Shown here piece after piece: positions 50,714 to 60,520 of a DNA stretch of 64,000 bases (its first letter is position 1; the number at the start of each line of letters is the position of its first letter). The notes beneath the pieces are model-generated. The model was given only the letters and a program-made list of their open reading frames with translations, was not told where the DNA came from and did no database searches. Both the position numbers and the translations under genes were made by a program. Source of the DNA: Trichomonas gallinae (lineage: Eukaryota); NCBI GenBank assembly GCA_008369845.1, contig MRSU01001394.1, positions 1 to 64,000 on the forward strand. The letters run 5' to 3'.

Positions 50714-52285
50714 ATGGCGGACAGTGGACATCCTTTCACTTGCGCTTTACTCACGGACTTCTACCAGATCACGATATGCCTTGCTCAGTGGCTCAAGGGC
50801 CGTGCTGACAAGATCGTCACATTCGATCTTTTCTATCGTACGCAGCCATTCAAAGGCTCGTTTGCCGTATTTGGTGGCTTAGAGGAGGCCATAGATTTCA
50901 TCAAAACATTCCATTTTACTGAAGATCAGCTCAGATATGTTCAAGATCAGCTTCCAGGAGTCAATCCACTCTTCATTGACTGGCTCAGGAAGCTCAATCC
51001 AAATGACTTGACAATCTGCGCACCAAAGGAAGGCACAATCGTCTTCCCAAGAGAACCTCTTCTCAGAATCACGGGACCAATGGGTCTCTGCCAGCTCATT
51101 GAGACGCCATTGCTCAACAGAATCAACTTCGCCACTCTCATGACGACAAACGCTGCCAGAATTCGCTTACTTTCCAAGGGAAGGAGATTGATGGAATTTG
51201 GCCTCAGACGCGCTCAGGGACCTGATGGAGCAATGTCAGCATCCAGATACTCCTACTTGGGCGGCTTCGATTGCACGTCAAACGTTTTAGCTGGATACAA
51301 ATACGGAATTCCGATTGCAGGAACCGTCGCCCACTCATTCATCAGCTCTTATTATGACGTAAACGAGCCGATGAGCCACTCAATTAAGCACAGTGTCACT
51401 GGTGAAGAAATCGATTTGCTTCATCACGCGCAGCAGTGCATCAATGAGAACGGCTGGCACACAAACAAGACAGAGCTTATCTCGTTTGTCGCCCAAGCAC
51501 AAGCTTTCCCAACAAACTTCCTCGCATTAGTTGATACATATGATACAATCACAAGCGGCGTTGCCAACTTCCTCGCTGTTTCCTATGCACTTACAAAGGC
51601 TGGATACAACGGAAAAGGTATCAGACTCGACTCTGGTGACCTTGCTGAGCTTTCAAAGCAAGCTCGCAAGATGTTCAAGGATTTCGCAGCTAAATACAAC
51701 ATCCCAGAGGCTGAGAAGTACGTCATTACAGCTTCAAACGACATCAACGAGAAGTATCTCCTCGAATTAGAAAAAGTTGGACATGAAATCGACGTTTACG
51801 GAATTGGCACACATCTTGTCACATGCCAGCAGCAGCCGGCTCTCGGTGGTGTCTACAAACTCGTCGAAATCGATGGACATCCACGCGTCAAATTATCAAA
51901 TGACTTAATCAAGGTCACTCTCCCAGCAAAGAAGAACCTATTCAGACTTTACGACGTCGAGGGCAAAGCAATTTGCGATTTGCTTACACTTGGCGATGAT
52001 GAAATTATTGAACCAGGCAAATACACATTCTTCGAATGCTGGCCAACAACAGCTCCATTCGAGTGCACATTCTCAAAGGCTGAGAGGCTCTACACAAACG
52101 CTTTCGAACACGGCATCGTCAGTGTCGACTCCCTCGCTGATGCAAGGCTCCACGTTATGAACCAGATCCACGGCGGATTCAGGCCAGACGTTGTTAAGAT
52201 TATTGACCCAGCCCAATACAAGGTTTGCCTTTCACCAAAACTCCACGACACACTCTTGAAACTGATCGAAGAAGCCAAGGAATAA
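50714..52285 (+). CDS. NAPRT: Nicotinate phosphoribosyltransferase
   Basis: LLTDFYQ, EFGLRRAQG, GTVAHS, LVDTYD, GIRLDSGD, ASNDINE and GIGTHLVT. Confidence 0.95.
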   Translation: MADSGHPFTCALLTDFYQITICLAQWLKGRADKIVTFDLFYRTQPFKGSFAVFGGLEEAIDFIKTFHFTEDQLRYVQDQLPGVNPLFIDWLRKLNPNDLTICAPKEGTIVFPREPLLRITGPMGLCQLIETPLLNRINFATLMTTNAARIRLLSKGRRLMEFGLRRAQGPDGAMSASRYSYLGGFDCTSNVLAGYKYGIPIAGTVAHSFISSYYDVNEPMSHSIKHSVTGEEIDLLHHAQQCINENGWHTNKTELISFVAQAQAFPTNFLALVDTYDTITSGVANFLAVSYALTKAGYNGKGIRLDSGDLAELSKQARKMFKDFAAKYNIPEAEKYVITASNDINEKYLLELEKVGHEIDVYGIGTHLVTCQQQPALGGVYKLVEIDGHPRVKLSNDLIKVTLPAKKNLFRLYDVEGKAICDLLTLGDDEIIEPGKYTFFECWPTTAPFECTFSKAERLYTNAFEHGIVSVDSLADARLHVMNQIHGGFRPDVVKIIDPAQYKVCLSPKLHDTLLKLIEEAKE

Positions 52286-52552
52286 ATTAGATTTTTTTTA
52301 TTAATCGTTGGTATATATGGCAATTCTCTTTGTCATTTAACTAATTTCTGATATTAAGAATGCCCCACATGGCTTTGTGATGATTACAAGCAATCATAGG
52401 GTTTAGAAGCAGCAGCAAATTCGTTGAATCTAAAGGCATTTCTCATTATCACATTATTGACAAATCAAAGTATGTTATTCTCTCTAATAATGGGATTCTT
52501 CGGAATTACAGAAATTTTTAAGTTTTTGTCTTTAAGAGATTTTGAGATAATT

Positions 52553-52792
52553 CTAACATTGATAGCAGCAGCTGCCAACAATAATGTTGATTCTATTTCA
52601 AAGTTGATTAAACTCGGTGCAAAAATCGAAGCAAAAGATGATAATGGAGTAAAAGCATTGGTTATAGCAGTAGTCATGAATAATGTTGATTCTATTTCAA
52701 AGTTGATTAAACTCCGTGCAAAAATCGAAGCAAAGGCTGAGTATGGAAGAACTGTGTTGATTGAGGCAGCAGTCTACAATAATGTTGATTAA
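52553..52792 (+). pseudogene. Truncated ankyrin-repeat fragment (about 2.3 repeats)
   Basis: 99-bp period: aataatgttgatt at 52580, 52679 and 52778, first two copies near-identical over ~56 bp; third repeat cut by TAA; no homologous 5' part. Confidence 0.65.
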
Positions 52793-52874
52793 AATCTCTA
52801 TTAAAATTAAAACAAATCTTCTAATATATATTTATAATATCTATTTATAATATCTATATATAACAACAAAAATT

Positions 52875-54209
52875 CTAGTTAAAATTGCGCTTCTTCTTCG
52901 TTCCTTTTCCAGTCATTCTTGCAAGAATAAACATTGCAGGAAGACTGACGACTATTGCCAGCAACAAGATATATTTCTGTATCCAGAGGGTCTTTGGCGT
53001 CCAATTTCGCGTTGCTGTGAAAACTGATGATGGAGTCAGCGATTTTGTCGGTGGCGGCGGACTTTGAGTAGGTTTGAATGTCATTGAAGGAGAGAATGTC
53101 TGTGTCCTGAGCATCTGGAAGCACTGGTGCAGCTCAACAGCGCTGATTTGAACCGAAACAGATTTGTCCATTCGGAATTGGCAGCCTTTGAAGAAGACAA
53201 CAGACGCATTTCTTCGAATGTCTTTCTTTGACAGGTCTAGAAAGCACTCAAAGAAGACGATTTTGTCTGTATCATCAGAAGATATGAAATTTCCAAATTT
53301 GTTGCCAAAGAAAGAACTTCTGTTGACAAACAGCCTCGTGCAGTCGATAAATGATATCAAAGAGCCTTTTTCTGTTGCATCATTTTTTATAAAATTGCAA
53401 TAACTGATTTCAGTTTGTGTTTCTATTTGGAAAACAGATAACAAACCAGGGCCACTATTGTTTTCGAAGTTACAAAGCTGCATATCCAATACTAACAAAT
53501 TTTCACATCCTAAAGTTCCATCTGCTGAAATCAGCCTCGACTGACTGAAATTACTGTTTTCTATATACGCCATAGTATCAGCCAGGACGTACATTGACTG
53601 CTCATTTCCAAGCTTTTGAGGTCCATTATTGAAAAACGTGTTAAACGTCAAATATCTCGGATTCTTACCTGAGGGGTCTTCATTATTCGCCTGGTCACTC
53701 TCAATCGTGAATGCCATGGCTGTACGTTCAGCAAACGAATTTTGAATGCAAGAACTTTTAATTGAGTAACATTTCGAGTAAATATAAATGGCACCCGATG
53801 ATTTCTTTGCGTAGCAGTTGTCAAAACCGCATTTTGTTAACGTTATTTTTCCTGTTGACATATTATAGTAAACTGCGCCTCCATGACCTTCTTCCATGTT
53901 CTTGCAGTCCGAAAAGACGCAGGAAATGATGTTCATTTTCGTATCATCGTTGAAATCTTGATAAGTGTTAAAAATTTTTTGAGTTACGCGGACAGAATTA
54001 ATGTGAATAGGCGGATTTAGGAATTTCTTGAAGGATGATTGATAAAATTTCGCCGAAATTTTGTCTGCTGCAAAAAAGGATTTCGAAAACGCTTTAAATC
54101 TAGAATTTCCAATGCTAAATCTCTGCAAACCAGTCATCTGCGGCCGACTGATATAAGGAGACTCTGAAACAGAAGACAAAACTAGAAATGAAAGCGAATA
54201 ATTTAACAT
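52875..54209 (-). CDS. Polymorphic membrane protein (Pmp)-like beta-helix surface protein
   Basis: Signal peptide, GGAVY/SGAIY and FxxN repeats, P/T/S stalk, TM and short basic tail; ATG 54209. Confidence 0.75.
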   Translation of the reverse strand: MLNYSLSFLVLSSVSESPYISRPQMTGLQRFSIGNSRFKAFSKSFFAADKISAKFYQSSFKKFLNPPIHINSVRVTQKIFNTYQDFNDDTKMNIISCVFSDCKNMEEGHGGAVYYNMSTGKITLTKCGFDNCYAKKSSGAIYIYSKCYSIKSSCIQNSFAERTAMAFTIESDQANNEDPSGKNPRYLTFNTFFNNGPQKLGNEQSMYVLADTMAYIENSNFSQSRLISADGTLGCENLLVLDMQLCNFENNSGPGLLSVFQIETQTEISYCNFIKNDATEKGSLISFIDCTRLFVNRSSFFGNKFGNFISSDDTDKIVFFECFLDLSKKDIRRNASVVFFKGCQFRMDKSVSVQISAVELHQCFQMLRTQTFSPSMTFKPTQSPPPPTKSLTPSSVFTATRNWTPKTLWIQKYILLLAIVVSLPAMFILARMTGKGTKKKRNFN

Positions 54210-54586
54210 TTTGAAATTCACCCCCAAATTATTTTTTCACCCCCTAAAATCGTAAAAATTCCAACATTATACTAGAAACCATTATTACTTCTTATTTCTA
54301 TTAAATTTTAATCCAATTTTCATTTATAAATTTCTATATAAATAAAGTTAGCGACAACATCCATTTTTCTTTATAATAATTTCATCATTATGCAAAATAT
54401 ATGTAAATAATTTAATATTGAATTATTTTTTTTAATTATATAATTTTTTTTGAATTAATATTTAGTATAAAGCTATATATGATGATAAATATGCTAGTTG
54501 TCCCCAAAATCCTATATTATGAAGCACTAAATAGTTAAAATATATGAAAATGTAAAAATTTAAAATATACAAACAAAAAATGAAAA

Positions 54587-57007
54587 TTAATCGAATAACC
54601 CTATGTTTCTCTCCTTGATAAACTTGACAATCTCTTCAATGTTTGTGTTGCTGTCAACAGATTCGGACATTTTGTAATTTTCCATGAAATATTTGAGATT
54701 TTTGTAGTATCCATGCTCATACAGCAACAATGCAGCTTGCTTATAATATTTCATGCTTATTAACGTCTTGATTCCGTTTATCAAGTTTCCAGATCTGATT
54801 GAATAGCGTAAAAACTGATCAACGACATTAGAAGTGTCCAAATCGTTGAGAGACGCGAAAACATGAGCTAATTCATAGAATCCGGCCTTCATTAAGTAAT
54901 CCAAGACTTTTTCTTTTTGATTAATCATCAAAGAAATCAAAGCAGCGCCTAAATAATTTTCACTCTGCTCGAAAACAGCTATAAACTGCTTAATCTGCTC
55001 AATATTGCTCTCAGAAAGCTCTTTTCCGAAAAATGATAAAATTAATCTGTGGTAAACTCTTTTGACGTCGCTTGAAATCTCTTTGAAGTCCAATCTCGGC
55101 TGTTTTCCGATAAACATGTTGAAATCGTCGACAATCTCAGGAAAATCGTCTGTTGAACTTAGTGCGCTCAAAACTTGGCTTAAAAAGCTCTTTGAGTCAT
55201 CTATGTTGATGGCATATGGCTTCAAAGAGTCAAAGAAGTTCAGCTCGAAGTTGTTGTAAGGAATCTGATTGGTAGATTCCAAAATCATTCCATTTGGCTG
55301 ATTCCAAACGATTTCGCTCTCAGAAATTGATAACAATTGGCCATTGTTGGGGAATGACTTCAAAACGGCCAGTTTCACGTCCAAAACTTCAATATTCACT
55401 TTTTGATCAAAAGCAAATTTCAAATTTCCTTCGAATTTGCAGATATATGATGGATATTTGTAATTCAGCATAGCAATGCATTCTCCTGACATCAAATCGA
55501 ACGAATATAGCTTGTCATTTGAGTCGATTGCCAAAACAATCGGAAAAGATGCGGAAATCAGTTGATATGATGCTGAGGTATTCTGCGGGAATGAGCCAAG
55601 AATTGGTTTAAACTCTTCATTCGAGAAAAAAATTCCTCTGTCTTTGATTGCAAAAGCTATAACAAGTTTGTCGTTGTGATCAAGTGTCGCATCAAAATAG
55701 TTGAGGTCATTGACCTTTTTTGTATATGTTTTGCCCTCAAAATAGACGACAATTGTTGATTTATCTGAGATAATAATATATTTCGATTTAACTTGGACAT
55801 CGTTGATTTTGATGCCTTCAATCTCTATTTCGTTGAATTTGAACTGGTCATCTTGCTCAATTAAATATAATTTCCCTTCATTTATTACTAATAATGAATT
55901 TTTCGTCATCCAAAGAAGTTTTTCAACATTTGTTGGGTATCTGAACGAGTACTCTCCTGTTTTGTAGTTGAATGATGTCAAAAATCCATCAATGTCGCAA
56001 AATGCGATTTGCGAGTGTAATTTTGCAACTGGTGCATTTGCTTTCATAACAGGAAGAGTGTAAAACGCATTGAATGATATGACACCATTTAAAGCTTTCT
56101 TTATCGTATAAATTTTCATATAATTATTGATCAAAACAAATTCTCCTTTTGAAGCCCTAAGAGGCGTGAAATTGAATGTTTGAGGCAAATTTACAGTCTG
56201 TGGTGTTGATAATTTCGAATTTTCAAACGAATACAAATCAATCGAATTATCATTGAATAAAACGTAAAAATCAAGGTCCTCATTGCCAGTATTCGACACA
56301 TAGTTGACATATTTCGTGTTATCGAGCCTCAAAATCGTGATTGAAGTTGCCGTAATCAAATGAATCAAGTGAATAAAGTGTTTTGACCACGCAATCGCAA
56401 ATCCACACGATATACATGTGACTCCATCGATGCTTTCCTCTTGCGCCAAATTGTAGATAGGAGCGAAGACTTGGAAGCGAGATTTCTGATTTTCTCTCTT
56501 TAAAACGTTAACTTCTGAAGTTTCAGTGAGCAAAATCGCGAAATTAGGGTTGTAGTCTGATATAGATACCATTTTTATCCTGTCTTCGAAGTCTAGATGC
56601 CAATTTTTGGTTATTAGAAATTCATCAACAATTTCGTAAGAGAAACCTGTCAATTCGTTTTCATTAACAGCACAAATGAACGAATTCACAGCCAATGGAT
56701 CGGAAGAGATTGTCTCAATCTTGTTTTCGAAGAAAGATAAAATATTATTGAAGACATCGAATAAGTAAAATCCATTTTGGACAACAATTTCGAGTATTAG
56801 TCTTGTTGAATAGACGCTTGATATGAATTCCATCGATTTAACTGTTAATTTTTCTGTATTTACTGATGAAATAATAGAAAATGTCGATTCATTTTGCTTG
56901 TAAACGAGCACACTGTCTCCTATGTGAACAGCTAGGTATCCGTGCTTAAAAGCAGCCAGTGGAGACTCAGAATATTTCTCCAAACTCGGCAAAATCTTCA
57001 CCTTCAT
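54587..57007 (-). CDS. WD40 beta-propeller plus alpha-solenoid protein, WDR11-like
   Basis: N-terminal GYLAVHIGDSVLVY; C-terminal AALISLMINQ..LDYL..G.YELAHVFA..GIKTLISM pattern resembling the WDR11 C-terminus. Confidence 0.55.
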   Translation of the reverse strand: MKVKILPSLEKYSESPLAAFKHGYLAVHIGDSVLVYKQNESTFSIISSVNTEKLTVKSMEFISSVYSTRLILEIVVQNGFYLFDVFNNILSFFENKIETISSDPLAVNSFICAVNENELTGFSYEIVDEFLITKNWHLDFEDRIKMVSISDYNPNFAILLTETSEVNVLKRENQKSRFQVFAPIYNLAQEESIDGVTCISCGFAIAWSKHFIHLIHLITATSITILRLDNTKYVNYVSNTGNEDLDFYVLFNDNSIDLYSFENSKLSTPQTVNLPQTFNFTPLRASKGEFVLINNYMKIYTIKKALNGVISFNAFYTLPVMKANAPVAKLHSQIAFCDIDGFLTSFNYKTGEYSFRYPTNVEKLLWMTKNSLLVINEGKLYLIEQDDQFKFNEIEIEGIKINDVQVKSKYIIISDKSTIVVYFEGKTYTKKVNDLNYFDATLDHNDKLVIAFAIKDRGIFFSNEEFKPILGSFPQNTSASYQLISASFPIVLAIDSNDKLYSFDLMSGECIAMLNYKYPSYICKFEGNLKFAFDQKVNIEVLDVKLAVLKSFPNNGQLLSISESEIVWNQPNGMILESTNQIPYNNFELNFFDSLKPYAINIDDSKSFLSQVLSALSSTDDFPEIVDDFNMFIGKQPRLDFKEISSDVKRVYHRLILSFFGKELSESNIEQIKQFIAVFEQSENYLGAALISLMINQKEKVLDYLMKAGFYELAHVFASLNDLDTSNVVDQFLRYSIRSGNLINGIKTLISMKYYKQAALLLYEHGYYKNLKYFMENYKMSESVDSNTNIEEIVKFIKERNIGLFD

Positions 57008-57125
57008 CTTTTTGAAGAGAAAAACTGTATTTAGATGGTTCGCTTTGGTGCTTTTGCATAGTATTCGCTGAGTGAACTCTAAAATCTTTAATATTTATTA
57101 AAATAACAACAATAAAATAAAAAAA

Positions 57126-60100
57126 TTATTCAGAATAGTCGATATCATCCTCTTTTGGCCCGCTTTTTGCTTTTTTACCTCTATTTGATGGTTTCCACTT
57201 CCTTCTGATCAGTCTTTGCTTCCTAACTGACAAAGATTTGAATTCTTCAAGGAATTCTCCAAGCATTCTGTCAAGATAATCAGGTACACCGTTTGCATCA
57301 TATTTAGCATTGTCCAAATCAATCTCAGTATTCTGATATCTGTCAGCGACTTCTGGTAATAATGCGGAATTCTTGATTCTCCTCTTAATCATGCCAAATT
57401 TAGTCGCGCACTGCTTTCCGAACACGTTCAGTATCTTAGATATCATAGGGAATGTCAGTCCCGCGAATCTCTTCTCGAATAGTATCCTGACATTGTCCTC
57501 TGTCCACTTCGTGTTCTCCGGGTTCTTCGAGTCCTGGTCCAAGTAGTTGACGATGTGGTAAACCAGATACAACAAATAGCCGGTCTGGAACTCGCTGTAC
57601 TTCTCGTCCCTGACCTTCTGGATGTCGTAGTCGTTGCCCAAAAAGTCTTTCGCCATCTTGAATGCGTGGACGGCTGTCTTCGGCAGTGGCTTCAGGTCGG
57701 CAATTATCTGTACTTCCTCGGCCTTCTTCGACTCCTTGCCGTCCAAGTGCTGTCTCAACACGTCAGGCAGGACTAAGTCTGGTCTCTCGTTGTGTTCGAT
57801 CAAGAACAAAAGCTTTGGCGGACGGCTTCTTAATGAATGAATAGATCTGTTCGGGAAGTGGTGGAATATTAATGCGATCTTTCTCTCGAAGTTGTAGTAC
57901 TTCGCATATAGGTCTAATAGTTTCTGGTCTTCTTCAGCTGTCCATGATTCTTGGTCTCTTCTCGACTTTCCTTGAGATTTCTCAAGTTTTTCTGCAGTGA
58001 ACTCATCCTGGTAGATCTTCTTGAGCTCGTTGATTGCGTCTATGAGATAAGACGGGATTCCGATCTCGTTGTATGTTGCGCCAGTCATGTCCAGCTCTGG
58101 GAAGATCTCAGTGAACTCTTTGATTGTGTAGTTGGTTTTGAGTGCTGCGAGAGATTTGTCGATTTTGCTGTTGATGATCTTCGCTTCTCTGTTGACTGCT
58201 TCTTCGAGTGCTTCTGTTGGTCCTCCAAACTGTCTTAACTCCACAACGAACCAGTAGTCTTTTGGCTCCCAGCTTGCTATGAATATTGAGTGTGGCTCAA
58301 TATTAGACATAACCTGGTAAAGCAAATACAAAAGATATCCTTTCGAAAAGCCTGGGAAATCTTCAGCAGTTTTGTCGATGTCGCCACCTGTCTCATTCCA
58401 CTTCTTGATGAGCTTGCAGGCATCTATCATGTAAGGGAGTGGGCGGAATCCAAACACGCTATACCTCCAGCTCTTGTCGTCGATAATTTTGATAAAATCT
58501 TTCGGCAATTTCAGCTCATTCCTCTGCCTGATGTTGAACTTGAATTGCCTGTATAAAGTGTGCAGCCTTTCCAGCAAGTTCTCAGGCTTTGTGTCAGAGA
58601 ATTTCTTGAATAGCCGCTCATAGAAATCAGACTTTTCGTGATTGGCCTGCCAGAAATCGAGCAACTGCTGGTCTTGTTCTTTGGTGAAGTAGATGCTGGC
58701 GGAAACTCTCATTGGGGCATATTTCTTGAGAAGTTCCTGGTCGCCTTTCAGCTCTGCTTTGACCATATCATTTATGCCTTTGCCCGGAGTATAGCCGAAT
58801 ATGATCTTTCCGCGTGATAAACCTTTAGCCAAGTTAAACAGTCTAGGCTTGATAGACTGGATTGTCCTGTACGGGAAGTACTTCATAATTATCTCGAAGC
58901 AGTTTGGCTCCTTATAATACTTGTCATACAGCTGACAAAGTTTGATGTCGTCTTCTCTGCTCCATGACTTCGCTCCAAGTCTGTCTTCAAGCGTGGACTT
59001 GACTGTGTCTATAGACATGAACTCAGCGTCTTTCCTGTTGAACTTCGCAATTGCGTAGACAAGAGAGAATGGGACTCCTTTATCGTTGTATCCCTTCGCG
59101 AATTGTTCGAATTTGGACAAATAACTGGTAAAGTGGAAGAGCGCGCTGTCGTTGGACTCCAAAACATTGTAGATCTTCTTAAGCTGCTCTTTGATGCTGT
59201 CGACACTTCTTAAATACAAAATATTGGAAATCTCTTCAACGTTGACACCTTCTGACTGTTTCTCTAATATGATCCTGTTCTCGACTGCCGAAAATCCATC
59301 TTTGACAGCACAAATCTCCTTCAAAATATAGTACAGCAAAAACTTGAGATATCCTTCCGAAAATGACTCGAAGTCCTTCATGATATCGCTCCAATTGTGG
59401 TGTCTAAATAGAAACTGTTTCACGACTGCTTCCATGTTAATAACCTTATCGCTTGGAATTTTACTGTTATATGTTGTTAGCAAATTCTTCATGGCATTTG
59501 TCGCCTTTGGAGCAGAGTTGTCGTCGTCTTCTATAAACTCTGAGAGCTGAGAACTTTCGTCTTCGGAGCTGGATGACGACGAATAGCCAGATTCTGAATC
59601 AGATTTCGAAGATGAGCTGTCAGATGACAATTCTAGAACTATCGGTTGTTTCTTTGTTACTTTTTCTAATTTTACAGTGGCCATTCTTTTTGCTTTCTGA
59701 CCATTTTTACTTTCAGGTTCATTTGTTTCGTTTTCGCTTTTTACTTCTATTTTCTTGACAACTACTTTCTTTTTGCCGGCAATTGAAATTTTCTGTCGTG
59801 GCTTTTTAGGCTTTTCGTCTTCCTCTGTAGTTTTCTCTGCTTTCGCTTTCCTTGTTGTTTTTTGTTTCGATTTTTTGGTTTTCGATTTCGGAATTTCATC
59901 TTCATTCTCTGACTCTTGGTCTGATTGAGGCTTTGAAAGCATTCCACCATTTTCTTTGTATAGTTTTTTGACCTTTTCTATAACCTCATCCATTGAATCA
60001 TCAATCAAATTAAATTGAATTTTTTGGCGAGGGTCAATTAAAGGCACTTCTTCGGCTTTAATTGGTGCTAGAGTAACTGTTGGTACAGGACTTAAAACAC

Positions 60101-60470
60101 GAGCTATTGTTTTTTCAGTATCATATTTTTCGTTTTCTAAAGCTGCGGCCGCTGATTCTTGGGGAACACCCATATTTTGTATGAATTGTATTTTGTCGTT
60201 GATTTCGTCTTGTGATGGAGTATTTAATTTCTGTTTGCCCAGGCTTTTGCCAGGAACAATTTCTACTGTAAATGAAACCGAGTTGTCACCATCAGTAACC
60301 GGAAAAGGCTCGATGTTTTGCATAATAACACCATCTTTAAATAATTTGATGGATTGAACAGGCTGCCCGAGTTTGTCTGCAATCATGCGTTTGACGCCGT
60401 AGGTTATGATCGATTTCTCAACAGACAGCTCAATTGTCTTGTTGACTGGCTCAGAAATATAAAACTTCAA
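57126..60470 (-). CDS. Ubl + UBA protein with repeated Myb/SANT-like modules; probable TTG start
   Basis: Ubl-like first ~70 aa, UBA (IQNMGVPQESAAAAL), charged linker, WSREDD/FTKEQD/WTAEED Myb-like repeats. Confidence 0.8.
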   Translation of the reverse strand: MKFYISEPVNKTIELSVEKSIITYGVKRMIADKLGQPVQSIKLFKDGVIMQNIEPFPVTDGDNSVSFTVEIVPGKSLGKQKLNTPSQDEINDKIQFIQNMGVPQESAAAALENEKYDTEKTIARVLSPVPTVTLAPIKAEEVPLIDPRQKIQFNLIDDSMDEVIEKVKKLYKENGGMLSKPQSDQESENEDEIPKSKTKKSKQKTTRKAKAEKTTEEDEKPKKPRQKISIAGKKKVVVKKIEVKSENETNEPESKNGQKAKRMATVKLEKVTKKQPIVLELSSDSSSSKSDSESGYSSSSSSEDESSQLSEFIEDDDNSAPKATNAMKNLLTTYNSKIPSDKVINMEAVVKQFLFRHHNWSDIMKDFESFSEGYLKFLLYYILKEICAVKDGFSAVENRIILEKQSEGVNVEEISNILYLRSVDSIKEQLKKIYNVLESNDSALFHFTSYLSKFEQFAKGYNDKGVPFSLVYAIAKFNRKDAEFMSIDTVKSTLEDRLGAKSWSREDDIKLCQLYDKYYKEPNCFEIIMKYFPYRTIQSIKPRLFNLAKGLSRGKIIFGYTPGKGINDMVKAELKGDQELLKKYAPMRVSASIYFTKEQDQQLLDFWQANHEKSDFYERLFKKFSDTKPENLLERLHTLYRQFKFNIRQRNELKLPKDFIKIIDDKSWRYSVFGFRPLPYMIDACKLIKKWNETGGDIDKTAEDFPGFSKGYLLYLLYQVMSNIEPHSIFIASWEPKDYWFVVELRQFGGPTEALEEAVNREAKIINSKIDKSLAALKTNYTIKEFTEIFPELDMTGATYNEIGIPSYLIDAINELKKIYQDEFTAEKLEKSQGKSRRDQESWTAEEDQKLLDLYAKYYNFERKIALIFHHFPNRSIHSLRSRPPKLLFLIEHNERPDLVLPDVLRQHLDGKESKKAEEVQIIADLKPLPKTAVHAFKMAKDFLGNDYDIQKVRDEKYSEFQTGYLLYLVYHIVNYLDQDSKNPENTKWTEDNVRILFEKRFAGLTFPMISKILNVFGKQCATKFGMIKRRIKNSALLPEVADRYQNTEIDLDNAKYDANGVPDYLDRMLGEFLEEFKSLSVRKQRLIRRKWKPSNRGKKAKSGPKEDDIDYSE

Positions 60471-60520
60471 TTTTTTGTTTAAACAAAAAGTGACGATTTC
60501 TAAAAATAATATATAATCCT

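Noticed and set aside
52372..52437. GTGATGA box C-like motif with a weak terminal stem
   Set aside because: Box D position reads CTAA and no convincing guide sequence
52470..52565. Possible 96-nt intron GTATGT...CTAACATTGATAG
   Set aside because: Its 3' end is itself ankyrin-repeat coding sequence, and branch-to-AG spacing differs from the trichomonad consensus
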